Virus record (IMG/VR): IMGVR_UViG_3300027822_000001
Span: 28,596 to 92,595 of that record
DNA from: a virus
Strand: one strand, 5' to 3'
Length of the DNA: 64,000 nt
The notes beneath the pieces were generated by a model. That model saw only the letters and a list, made by a program, of their open reading frames with translations. It did not search any database and was not told the origin of the DNA. A program made the translations under genes and the position numbers. This document shows, in pieces, positions 31,102 to 39,786 of the stretch; position 1 is the first letter of the stretch, and every line of letters begins with the position of its first letter.

Positions 31102-31541
31102 GTCTCTTTATTTTTATTGTTTTTATTATTATATATTTTTAATTTATCTTCTATTGATTTTTTAGCTTCTTTCTTATTAGCTAGATATTTTTCTAACTCT
31201 TTATTTAAATTATTAGCAATATAAAAGTCTTCTTTATAAAAGTTAGCTAAAAAAGTATCCCAGTAACCATAGCCACAATCTTTACACCCCCAAAATAAAG
31301 ATTTATCTAAAGGATGTCGTCTAGTATTACTTGAATCGCATATTGGACAAATTCCATTTCTATATTGATGAATTAGTTTCTCACAATCCATTCCAAGCAC
31401 CCATAACTTATCTTCTACAATAGTAGTTCCAGCATTTAATACCCAAAATAGTTGAAGGTCTTCTTTATCAGTTCTAGAAACAAAGTGCATACTATGAATA
31501 TTATTTTTAGGTTTTTTTAGCTTAAGAGCTTTCTGTACCAT
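31077..31541 (-). CDS. Zn-ribbon protein
   Basis: CPIC...CKDCG. Confidence 0.65.
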   Translation of the reverse strand: MVQKALKLKKPKNNIHSMHFVSRTDKEDLQLFWVLNAGTTIVEDKLWVLGMDCEKLIHQYRNGICPICDSSNTRRHPLDKSLFWGCKDCGYGYWDTFLANFYKEDFYIANNLNKELEKYLANKKEAKKSIEDKLKIYNNKNNKNKETCIQLSLF

Positions 31542-31545
31542 TATA

Positions 31546-31815
31546 TTAGTTGTTAACTTTAGATGGATATTGTAAGAATTTAGTACTAAAAGCAGCTTTT
31601 ATTTTAGTTCTTCCTAATAGTTTATAAGCAAGTACTCTATGTCTACCGTCTTTTATTTTATATCCTCCTTTAGATAATCTAGAAACCTTTATAGCTGGAG
31701 CTTCTTTACCTTGTCTTAAATAATCAATTAAACTAAGAGTAGTTGGATTTATTGGATACCTATCCATTTTTATTAATGAAATATCTATGTCAGCTTCTTG
31801 TCTTTTAGTACTCAT
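31546..31815 (-). CDS. stand-alone ParB/Sulfiredoxin-like domain protein
   Basis: PAIKV...YKIKDGRHRVLAYKLLG. Confidence 0.8.
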   Translation of the reverse strand: MSTKRQEADIDISLIKMDRYPINPTTLSLIDYLRQGKEAPAIKVSRLSKGGYKIKDGRHRVLAYKLLGRTKIKAAFSTKFLQYPSKVNN

Positions 31816-31826
31816 AACTTTATTAT

Positions 31827-32045
31827 TTAAATTAATTCTCTTCTTTTAATTTTAATGCCTTTAAAACTTAAGCCTTTATGCATTTCTTTAAGCATCCTAA
31901 GAGAAGCTCTAGTAGTCATCAAAACTGGTATTTCACCTCCAGCCCATGTATAACTAGTTTCATCCAGTTTAACAATATGAGCATACTTACCAAGAGTTTC
32001 TCTTCTGATATCTGTAAATTCTAAGACTTTAAAGATTTCTTTCAT
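31827..32045 (-). CDS. hypothetical protein
   Basis: 72-aa ORF. Confidence 0.6.
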   Translation of the reverse strand: MKEIFKVLEFTDIRRETLGKYAHIVKLDETSYTWAGGEIPVLMTTRASLRMLKEMHKGLSFKGIKIKRRELI

Positions 32046-32049
32046 ACTT

Positions 32050-32460
32050 TTAAATCAAGACTAAAGTTAATGCTTCTTGTAATCCTTTCTCTAAAGCTTT
32101 TTCATATGTTTTATAATATGAGGGAGCTTCATCTTTTGGATTTCTGCTTTCTTCTTCTTTAGTATATAATATCCAACAGGCAAAACTTATCTTAGTTTTT
32201 TCTATATTCCCCCAAAGTGCCTCTATTTCAATAATTAAATTATGTTTCTTTCTTAGCCACTTTTGTAACAACGCTTGAGTTGGAGCAGAATACTTAGAAG
32301 GGCAACGATTAAAATAGTCATCAATTTCTCCTGCATCTAAATCTTCAGCATTGTCATGTAGAGTCTTACTCGGTAATGTATAATAGAATCTACATTCTTC
32401 ATCAAATTCCTTCCTTTTAGCTAATTCAGCTGTTTTATATGATATAATTTGCTCTTTCAT
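32050..32460 (-). CDS. hypothetical protein, paralog family B
   Basis: MKEQIISYKTAELAK...PTQALLQKWLRKKH...YEKALEKGL; similar to 43120-43527. Confidence 0.8.
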   Translation of the reverse strand: MKEQIISYKTAELAKRKEFDEECRFYYTLPSKTLHDNAEDLDAGEIDDYFNRCPSKYSAPTQALLQKWLRKKHNLIIEIEALWGNIEKTKISFACWILYTKEEESRNPKDEAPSYYKTYEKALEKGLQEALTLVLI

Positions 32461-32469
32461 TTTATTGAC

Positions 32470-32754
32470 TTATATGTTAATATTAAATTCTCCTTGTGTT
32501 AAAGAATAGTTATCTGAATTCGGCATAATAGTACCACTTTCACAAGTAATCCAGAGATAGTTAGGATAGCTAGGAGGACTATATGGTTCTATAGTAATAG
32601 GATTTATCCAATTTGTAATATATCCTACTTTAAGTGTAAATTCTTTCCATTTTGCACTAGGTAAAAGCGCTTCTAATTGTAATATGAGTGTATTAATATT
32701 TATCTATTCTTCAAGTTCAATTGTTTTATTTACTGTATCTATTTTTATTTTCAT
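32470..32754 (-). pseudogene. 94-codon gene interrupted by an in-frame TAG at codon 17
   Basis: MKIKIDTVNKTIELEE*ININTLILQLEALLPSAKWKEF...GEFNINI; fills the gap between neighbours; TAG at 32704-32706. Confidence 0.7.
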
Positions 32755-32774
32755 AACTTATTTAGATTATGTTA

Positions 32775-33176
32775 TCATTTATTTATAAGTTTAATTCTTG
32801 TTGATATTGTAGACATGCTATTAGCTTTATTAGCTATATTATATTTTATAATATACTCTTCATTATCTTTTAAAATCTTTTTTAATATTTTACATCTTAA
32901 AAGTTCTCCATAAGTAAAAGATTTTGCGTCATCTCCTGCTAAAATATAAGCTTCTTTGTATGCTCTTTTTCTCTCGTAATAAGACAGAACTCCAAAAATT
33001 TGAGCAATATGATTAAAACAAAAACAAAAACCCATAGAATAAAGTATCTTTTGCTCTATTTCTATATCATTAATAGTAGTCTTTATAATATAATTCTTTT
33101 GTTCTTTTCTAGCCTTATCCATTAAGTAGTATATTATAAACCTATACTTCTTTGGAACTATTTTAAATTTTTTCAT
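32775..33176 (-). CDS. hypothetical protein, paralog family A (divergent)
   Basis: PKKYRFIIY...GFC...RCKIL. Confidence 0.65.
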   Translation of the reverse strand: MKKFKIVPKKYRFIIYYLMDKARKEQKNYIIKTTINDIEIEQKILYSMGFCFCFNHIAQIFGVLSYYERKRAYKEAYILAGDDAKSFTYGELLRCKILKKILKDNEEYIIKYNIANKANSMSTISTRIKLINK

Positions 33177-33185
33177 TTTAGTTGT

Positions 33186-33566
33186 TTACTTAATTCTTTT
33201 TTTACTTCTTTTTTCTTCTTCTAATATATTCTCTAAACATTCAATTCTTTCTTCAAAAGAGTCAAACCAAAAAGATTCATTATGTTTGCTCCTATCTCCT
33301 ACATATTGTGCTACTTCTATTAACATTTGTTTATTTGCTTTTTTTAGATGTAAAGCGTCCATAATTTCATCAGCATTTGCACACATACCAACAAAAGAAT
33401 CAAAATATAAATCTACTTCAATAACTGTGCGATTTTTAAATGTTATCAGTATAGTTTCTATAATAGTTTTTTGAAGCTTATAAGACTCTAACATTTTTTT
33501 ATATGCATACATTCTTAATTCTTTGGGAGCAACTACATAATTTTTTCTAATTTTAAACTCTTTCAT
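33186..33566 (-). CDS. hypothetical protein, paralog family A
   Basis: PKELRMYAYKKML...GMC...FWF....RIECL. Confidence 0.7.
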   Translation of the reverse strand: MKEFKIRKNYVVAPKELRMYAYKKMLESYKLQKTIIETILITFKNRTVIEVDLYFDSFVGMCANADEIMDALHLKKANKQMLIEVAQYVGDRSKHNESFWFDSFEERIECLENILEEEKRSKKRIK

Positions 33567-33570
33567 ATCG

Positions 33571-33831
33571 TTATTTTTTACTTGAATTTATAAGTTCATC
33601 TAAAGTTGGACAATAACATTCGTCTTTTCTTCCCTCTATATATAATTTAACATTGGCAAGAGTTCCTAATAGTGTATGACAAACATGCTCTTTATTTACT
33701 AGTTCCTTTATTGCTTTATTTAAAGTCTTTAATTCTTCTGATAGTGTTTTTTCCATCAATTTATAGTATAAGAAACTTCTATAGCTAAATATGTATAGAA
33801 TATAATTTTTTATTTCTTTTATGTATTTCAT
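33571..33831 (-). CDS. hypothetical protein
   Basis: 86-aa ORF. Confidence 0.6.
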   Translation of the reverse strand: MKYIKEIKNYILYIFSYRSFLYYKLMEKTLSEELKTLNKAIKELVNKEHVCHTLLGTLANVKLYIEGRKDECYCPTLDELINSSKK

Positions 33832-34334
33832 ATCTTGTATTTATCGGTTAATTTATTTCTCTGTGGTAATTTAAACATTCTAACTAATGACATAAGAACT
33901 TCTTCTCTATTATCATCGCTTTTAGTTCTTACCCCATTAATACTTACGTTCCTAATATAGTTGTTAAACATAAATTCCCAGCTTTTAAGTAAATCTTCAG
34001 CTGTAAAATCTTTATCGTTTAACACTTTCCTTACTTTTATTATGCCATATCGTTCCGTCTCCGGAAATTCATGTTTATTTATAGCATCATCATCTATCTC
34101 TGGAAATCCATACTTTTCAGAAACATATCTTACGGCATCAGCTGAGCTGGAAGCAGTAAAATTCTTAATTATTCCTCTAACTTCTCCCCCATCTTCATCA
34201 TAAGGAACTACAAAATGTACTTCATACTCTTGTCTTTTCAAAAAATCTGTATCTATTTGACCCAATGCTTTAAAAACTAACTCTTCAGTACTTATTTCAG
34301 GAGTCTTATTGGTTTTCTTATTTTCTTTAGGCAT
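33828..34334 (-). CDS. hypothetical protein
   Basis: 168-aa ORF. Confidence 0.7.
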   Translation of the reverse strand: MPKENKKTNKTPEISTEELVFKALGQIDTDFLKRQEYEVHFVVPYDEDGGEVRGIIKNFTASSSADAVRYVSEKYGFPEIDDDAINKHEFPETERYGIIKVRKVLNDKDFTAEDLLKSWEFMFNNYIRNVSINGVRTKSDDNREEVLMSLVRMFKLPQRNKLTDKYKI

Positions 34335-34951
34335 TGTAATAATATATCAGAGTTATATAAGTTTTTATTCTTATTATATTTACTTGCAGCTGGATGTATA
34401 TCTTTAAATACATTATGATTCTTTTTATCCACTGCATATTCAAGTCGTTTAGCAACACTACCTAATAGTAAAAAGCAGACATTGCTATTGTATTTCTGTA
34501 TTATCTTCATTATATTAGCTGTAAAAGTGTACCAATAAGGGTGGTCAAAAGCTAAAGATTTTCCATATCTTACAGTCCATATTGTGTTTATTAGAAGAAC
34601 TCCTCTACCTAATAAATAATATAAATTGTTATTCTCCTCTCCTTCTTGCCCTAATTCTTTAGAAGTATTAATAAATAACTTATTTAATACTTGTAGAGAA
34701 TATGGAGTTTTCAAAGTGTTCTTAGAAGAGAAAGCTAATCCATCATAATGATATTTAAATTCTCCAAACTCAATAAGTCCAGTAGCATAAGGGTCTTGTC
34801 CTATTATTACTAGATTTATGTCTCTTAAGTCTATCTTTTTAAGAATTTCAAAAGGTAGCTTGTTTGGAATAACATCATTGTACTTATAGACCTCTTTTAA
34901 CAGTTTCTGCATATAAGGAAGTTCTATTTGCTTTTTTATTAAATCTAACAT
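34292..34951 (-). CDS. ung: Uracil-DNA glycosylase, family 1
   Basis: IIGQDPY, GLAFS, GVLLIN, HPAA. Confidence 0.92.
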   Translation of the reverse strand: MLDLIKKQIELPYMQKLLKEVYKYNDVIPNKLPFEILKKIDLRDINLVIIGQDPYATGLIEFGEFKYHYDGLAFSSKNTLKTPYSLQVLNKLFINTSKELGQEGEENNNLYYLLGRGVLLINTIWTVRYGKSLAFDHPYWYTFTANIMKIIQKYNSNVCFLLLGSVAKRLEYAVDKKNHNVFKDIHPAASKYNKNKNLYNSDILLQCLKKIRKPIRLLK

Positions 34952-34954
34952 AAC

Positions 34955-34996
34955 AAAAAAAAGCTACAACAGATATATGAAATACCTGCTGTAGCT
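34955..34996 (-). terminator. Rho-independent terminator after 35008-35604
   Basis: Minus strand AGCTACAGCAG...CTGTTGTAGCT followed by a T run. Confidence 0.75.
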
Positions 34997-35007
34997 AATT
35001 AGTAAAT

Positions 35008-35604
35008 TTAATAGCGATTACAAGCAAGTCTTAAACTAATAGATAGTTTGGTTTCTTCATCAGACAACATCATACTCAAATGATTTTCATCAAAATAACC
35101 TGTATCTTTTATTTCATTCACTATACTTAGTGCTCTTAATGAAATATCTGTTTTAAACTTGTTCTGCATCTCTTTAAATCCATCTTTAGTAGTAAGAACT
35201 ATAAAAGCAGACATAAAATCTGTTTTTTGCCTAATATTATTGTCTCTTATTACATTTATCTTTCTAAATCCCAAAATTCGGAAGTTATTAAAGTTTCCAT
35301 TAGCAATTTCAATGAATCCAATAGCTTCGTCTATTCGTTGAATAAGATGTTTTCTCGTTTTATTAGCTTGTACCCAAGCCAAAGAACGTTCTAATTCTTC
35401 ATCTTTGAACTTAATTCTTAATTTTCTGATGTTTTTCTTCACTACTTCAATGAAGTATTTATCTTCTGTAAAGTAAGGTTGAATTATTTTAATATCTTCT
35501 TCTAGTCCAGGAACTTCTCCACCTTCATTTTTTCGTACTACGTTTAAAGCTTTTTCTAAAAACTCTACTTTGTTGTCAACATCTTTTAAAATTTCACTTA
35601 ACAT
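35008..35604 (-). CDS. hypothetical protein
   Basis: 198-aa ORF followed by a terminator. Confidence 0.75.
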   Translation of the reverse strand: MLSEILKDVDNKVEFLEKALNVVRKNEGGEVPGLEEDIKIIQPYFTEDKYFIEVVKKNIRKLRIKFKDEELERSLAWVQANKTRKHLIQRIDEAIGFIEIANGNFNNFRILGFRKINVIRDNNIRQKTDFMSAFIVLTTKDGFKEMQNKFKTDISLRALSIVNEIKDTGYFDENHLSMMLSDEETKLSISLRLACNRY

Positions 35605-35610
35605 CTTATT

Positions 35611-36258
35611 TTAATTTACCGTTAATAATGATTCTCTAAACATTCTTAATATGCCTAGATTTTCGTCACTCAGAGGAAAAGTAGTTCCATAATAAAACTC
35701 CATATCTCTTTGCACATTATACTTTATCTTATAAACTTCATCAACGTAGGATTTACTAGGTTTATCCTCAATGTCCTGAATCCTTCTTGATTGCCTCTCC
35801 TTTTTCTTTTGTTTCTGTACCAACTCTACTGGAACTTTAACTGATGCATCTAAAATTGAAATAGAAGTATTTATTTGTTTTGGCTTAGTATTGCCACTTT
35901 TTAATTCTTCTATAAGATTAGTTAAATCAGTACTTAAGTTATCTTTTCGTAAAAAGAAACCAGTATAATCAAATACTACAAATATAAGGCTATCTAATTC
36001 TTTACTTACCTTAAAGATAAACTTACCCGTTAAATCTAATAATGTTTTTTTACTAGTTTCTTCGTAGGTAGCTTTTAAGGCTCTATTTCTTTTACGTTTA
36101 TATTTTTCAAAAGTATACTGAAGAATAGACCTTTCCTTGTTTTCAAGTTTAATAGCCTGCTCTCTCAGCCAGTACAATATACCTATATTTAATATCATTT
36201 CTGCTTCTTTTACTGAAGCTGTTTTGTACTTTTTATTTATTGAATTATATATTATCAT
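35611..36258 (-). CDS. hypothetical protein
   Basis: 215-aa ORF. Confidence 0.7.
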   Translation of the reverse strand: MIIYNSINKKYKTASVKEAEMILNIGILYWLREQAIKLENKERSILQYTFEKYKRKRNRALKATYEETSKKTLLDLTGKFIFKVSKELDSLIFVVFDYTGFFLRKDNLSTDLTNLIEELKSGNTKPKQINTSISILDASVKVPVELVQKQKKKERQSRRIQDIEDKPSKSYVDEVYKIKYNVQRDMEFYYGTTFPLSDENLGILRMFRESLLTVN

Positions 36259-36883
36259 CTTTAAAATTTTTATATTTGTTTAACCTTTTATTTGTTCTAA
36301 TTAATGAATACATATATGTTATTGGTGCTGTAAAGTATCCTTTTCTCTTCATAGTATGAAATACTTCTTTTGAAGTCTTAGCTTCTTTTAAGTGATATCT
36401 TCTAACTAATAAAGATAATAAATCATTTATACTCTCATCAAAAGAGTCATACTTTTTAAATGAACTTACAATTACCATTCTTTCTCCATTAACATATTCA
36501 GCTGTTTTGGTTACATGCCCTTTTCCTTTTATACCAAAAGCATTATTACTTTTAATAAATAAGGAAGATTTAAAAGGCATAGTTCCTTTTCGTGTACTTG
36601 AAGAGCTTTCAAACATTGCAATAGTTTCAACAACTTTAGCTACCTCTCTTTTAGTTAAAATGCTACCATTTATTATGGAATCATTTATACTAAAATAAAT
36701 AGCAGGAAAAGCTATTTTATCAATTTCTTCTAAATCTCTAAAATAAAGCTTTTCCGTCTTTAATCTTGCAACATCAGCATCTAAATCATATGGTCTTTCT
36801 ATAGGCATTTTAAATTCTATTGTTGCTTCTTGTGCTCTAACAGAACTAAGCAGCAGAAATAGAATGATTAGTAAAATCCTCAT
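36245..36883 (-). CDS. GH73 glucosaminidase/muramidase (FlgJ-like) with N-terminal signal peptide
   Basis: AMFES, NNAFGIKG, T.EY, FKKYDS..ESI, GYFT; signal MRILLIILFLLLSSVRA. Confidence 0.85.
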   Translation of the reverse strand: MRILLIILFLLLSSVRAQEATIEFKMPIERPYDLDADVARLKTEKLYFRDLEEIDKIAFPAIYFSINDSIINGSILTKREVAKVVETIAMFESSSSTRKGTMPFKSSLFIKSNNAFGIKGKGHVTKTAEYVNGERMVIVSSFKKYDSFDESINDLLSLLVRRYHLKEAKTSKEVFHTMKRKGYFTAPITYMYSLIRTNKRLNKYKNFKDDNI

Positions 36884-37112
36884 GCAGTTTTTTGAAGTTC
36901 TTAATGTTCTCTCTAGTTGGAGCTAGTCTTATTATATTATACTTATTGTGATTAACTAAATAATCTAACTTTCCCAACGTAGAATTACCAATAGACTGTT
37001 GACCCATATTTCTAAAATTAAGAATGTAAATCAATTTACCTTTGGTAACTTTAATGTTTTTTTTCTTTCTTAAACTTTTCAATACTTTGATGACACTATA
37101 TTCTTTTTTCAT
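36846..37112 (-). CDS. small basic hypothetical protein
   Basis: IGNSTLGKLDYL motif. Confidence 0.65.
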   Translation of the reverse strand: MKKEYSVIKVLKSLRKKKNIKVTKGKLIYILNFRNMGQQSIGNSTLGKLDYLVNHNKYNIIRLAPTRENIKNFKKLHEDFTNHSISAA

Positions 37113-37324
37113 AACTCTTTTATTTTATTGATTAAAACTTGTTTTTGATGTACTAATACTACTTCGCGTAAATGTCCTTTAGATTGCTCTAAATACAAGC
37201 CAACAAGTTTATGTAATGCTGGCTTATGAATAGTTCTATTATTCTCATTAAATACTGCACGAAATACATACATATATTTCATAAGAAGTATTAAATACAT
37301 TGAATCATTCTTCTTCATAATCAT
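37109..37324 (-). CDS. hypothetical protein
   Basis: 71-aa ORF. Confidence 0.6.
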   Translation of the reverse strand: MIMKKNDSMYLILLMKYMYVFRAVFNENNRTIHKPALHKLVGLYLEQSKGHLREVVLVHQKQVLINKIKEL

Positions 37325-37502
37325 CTAATCTTTTTAATACCTCATTTTTATGAATAGAAGAATAATAAGGACACACATATTTATGTTTTGGTGTAGGTAA
37401 TTCTTTTCTAATTGCTTCTTTATCAGATGCTAAAAATGTCATACAACTTGAACAAAAGGGGCATTCCTTATTTGTACATATTATTACTTTTAAATCTTCC
37501 AT
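37305..37502 (-). CDS. small Cys-rich protein
   Basis: CTNKECPFCSSC...CPYY. Confidence 0.65.
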   Translation of the reverse strand: MEDLKVIICTNKECPFCSSCMTFLASDKEAIRKELPTPKHKYVCPYYSSIHKNEVLKRLDDYEEE

Positions 37503-37505
37503 AGC

Positions 37506-37721
37506 TTATTTTTTAAGAGCTCCATTAACTTTAATATTATGATGTTTTATTAATCTTGTATCTCCATCATTATAAGTAATAACCTGTAATAACTTTTTCT
37601 TTACTCTCTTTCCAACTTTTCTATTATTTGTTTTTCTGTTTTTTGGAAAAAGACTTCTAGCTTTCCTTACTGATAGCCCATAAAATCTTGCAATCTCTTG
37701 ATACTTTCCTAATTTTTTCAT
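37506..37721 (-). CDS. small basic protein
   Basis: 71 aa, K/R-rich. Confidence 0.6.
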   Translation of the reverse strand: MKKLGKYQEIARFYGLSVRKARSLFPKNRKTNNRKVGKRVKKKLLQVITYNDGDTRLIKHHNIKVNGALKK

Positions 37722-37725
37722 TCTC

Positions 37726-38142
37726 TTATTTTTTAAAGGTTAAACTTTTAATTGTTCTGTCAATAGCTCTCAAAGAGTATGCCCATCTCGTTTTACTTTT
37801 ATAACTAAAAGCATCTCCTGTAGGATGCACTCCTGTTTGTATGAGATTCAATACTTCTTTATAGAATGTTATAGCTGTCTTTTTTGCTAATTCAGCATCT
37901 AAATCTTCTTGCTGATTTAAAGCACTTGCAACAACATCATGAGTTCTTCTTGCTAAACAACCAAAATCTTGACTAGCTTCTGTTGCTGTTACATTAAAAG
38001 GACAACGATAACAGTTTTGTGTTGTTACTACTTTTGTTAATTTACATAAAGGATTAGCACTTTTATTAACAAAGTGTCCTTTAGTTTCATAATAACCAAT
38101 AGTTTTAACTATGGCATCTGATAATTCTTTTATATTTTCCAT
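37726..38142 (-). CDS. Cys-cluster hypothetical protein
   Basis: PLC...CYRCP...C. Confidence 0.65.
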   Translation of the reverse strand: MENIKELSDAIVKTIGYYETKGHFVNKSANPLCKLTKVVTTQNCYRCPFNVTATEASQDFGCLARRTHDVVASALNQQEDLDAELAKKTAITFYKEVLNLIQTGVHPTGDAFSYKSKTRWAYSLRAIDRTIKSLTFKK

Positions 38143-38156
38143 ATTATTTAATTTAA

Positions 38157-38501
38157 TTAATATTTATCAACAATTCGATATCTATTACTTTCTATAGTTA
38201 CTATAGCTCCAATTAACTGAGATTTAGAAAAAGTTGCTGTCTTCCACTTATAATTATATTGTGCACTACAATATCTAAAATGTCTCTTTGAGAACTTCTT
38301 TAAAGATACAATTTTATAGGTGAAACCAACAGAGCAACTCTTGTTTCCTTTAGCACAACTACTTCCATTAGGTTCAACTATAGAATTAATAATGGGTATA
38401 ACAACTTTTAAAGGTATCTTTAATTTAGTACTTTGTTTATTATGAAAAACACTAATTTTTGCATTCTTAATGTTTTTCTTAGTTCTAGCAAATGTATTCA
38501 T
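38157..38501 (-). CDS. hypothetical basic protein
   Basis: 114-aa ORF. Confidence 0.6.
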   Translation of the reverse strand: MNTFARTKKNIKNAKISVFHNKQSTKLKIPLKVVIPIINSIVEPNGSSCAKGNKSCSVGFTYKIVSLKKFSKRHFRYCSAQYNYKWKTATFSKSQLIGAIVTIESNRYRIVDKY

Positions 38502-38519
38502 AACTACTTTGTTTTAAAT

Positions 38520-38617
38520 TAGTGAGAGATAAGAGAATCGAACTCTAGTATTTTTATCTGTAATTAAATTGTAATTATAAATTGTTAAAAGATAAAAATA
38601 GCAATACCTGCTCCCTC
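38520..38617 (-). ncRNA. tRNA-like RNA lacking an anticodon arm (topology like the tmRNA tRNA-like domain)
   Basis: GAGGGA/TCTCTC acceptor-like stem ending ACTA, T-arm AGAG-TTCGATT-CTCT, short GG-containing D-loop, perfect 11-bp central stem. Confidence 0.5.
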
Positions 38618-38624
38618 GATGTAT

Positions 38625-38756
38625 TTATGTGGTTTTAAGTCGTCCTGGTTTTGTATATTCTTTTCCACCATTTCTGCTTCCACCCACTAACACTTCTGTG
38701 TAATGTTTTAATCTTGCTGCTAATAACTTATTAGCTTTTCTTTGATATTTTCCCAT
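38625..38756 (-). CDS. 43-aa basic microprotein (not in the ORF track)
   Basis: MGKYQRKANKLLAARLKHY...YTKPGRLKTT, starts 6 nt after the ligase stop. Confidence 0.6.
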   Translation of the reverse strand: MGKYQRKANKLLAARLKHYTEVLVGGSRNGGKEYTKPGRLKTT

Positions 38757-38762
38757 AATTTA

Positions 38763-39398
38763 CTATTTAAAATCTTTATGCTTAATTTTTGTAACAACAC
38801 GTTCTCCAGACCTATTATAAAGTTCTATTTGAGGTTTCATTACCAATCCTTCTGCCATATAATCTTCATTGTCAGCTATAGTTGACTTAAAACCTTGCTT
38901 TACGAACTCTATAGCAGTTTTTAACTTCCAAATACCTATTATTGGTACAATAGAAATTTCTAATTTCTTTGCTATAACTTCTATAGCTTTACGTGTAAGC
39001 CACCATTTTCCTATTCTTATATCAAATAAGATAAAATTATTAGAATCAGGTAAATAATTTCCTCCTTTTTGTATTTTTTGTCCATATCCTTCTCCATAAA
39101 GACAAATATCAGCTTCTGTTTCAAATATATCTTCTAATTGTTTTTTACAAAAGAGTTTATTTAATTTATCTAATAAAAATGGTGGTATTTGAGTATTGTC
39201 TGACTTACCTCTTATAGAAAAGATTCCATTACTCAATATTATTCTTATATTTGTACCATCTATCTTTTCTGTACAAATCCAATTTATATCTTGCAATACT
39301 TCAAATTCTTTCTTTGACCATACTCCTTCTAAAAGAGTTCTAAAATTAGTCTTTGGGTCTCTCAAATAAACTGTTTGTATTTTATGATATTTATCCAT
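38763..39398 (-). CDS. RNA ligase (Rnl2-like nucleotidyltransferase domain)
   Basis: Motif I EKIDGTN, III YGE, IIIa FDI, IV EGLV, V KIK. Confidence 0.88.
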   Translation of the reverse strand: MDKYHKIQTVYLRDPKTNFRTLLEGVWSKKEFEVLQDINWICTEKIDGTNIRIILSNGIFSIRGKSDNTQIPPFLLDKLNKLFCKKQLEDIFETEADICLYGEGYGQKIQKGGNYLPDSNNFILFDIRIGKWWLTRKAIEVIAKKLEISIVPIIGIWKLKTAIEFVKQGFKSTIADNEDYMAEGLVMKPQIELYNRSGERVVTKIKHKDFK

Positions 39399-39400
39399 AG

Positions 39401-39781
39401 CTATTTATAATAAAATATATAAGTTAATAAATATTCTTCTTTTAAAGTCCTTATTAATATTATTTTAGACTTTCCTGATACCATAATACTATAAGTAGCT
39501 CCTTCAAAATCCATAAGAGAGCCTGTAAATATATCAGCCTCTTCATCGTAGTGTGGTCTGTCTATCATAAATTTAGCTCTTTCCCCAGAAGGAATAACTA
39601 AAGTTAGAACAGTTGCTTGTTTGTTTATTCTTATTAAGCCCTCATAATAATAGATGCTGTCTTTTATAATTGAGCCATCAACTTCAACTACATCTTCTTT
39701 TGCTTCCATTAAATAGATGACTTGACTGTTTGCTTGGAATGTCATCAATCCCAAAATTAGTAATACTAAAATCTTTTTCAT
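39401..39781 (-). CDS. secreted/periplasmic protein
   Basis: Signal peptide MKKILVLLILGLMTFQANS; beta-rich body. Confidence 0.65.
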   Translation of the reverse strand: MKKILVLLILGLMTFQANSQVIYLMEAKEDVVEVDGSIIKDSIYYYEGLIRINKQATVLTLVIPSGERAKFMIDRPHYDEEADIFTGSLMDFEGATYSIMVSGKSKIILIRTLKEEYLLTYIFYYK

Positions 39782-39786
39782 TTTCT

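Noticed and set aside
38520-38617. Canonical or suppressor tRNA
   Set aside because: No D stem and no 7-nt anticodon loop
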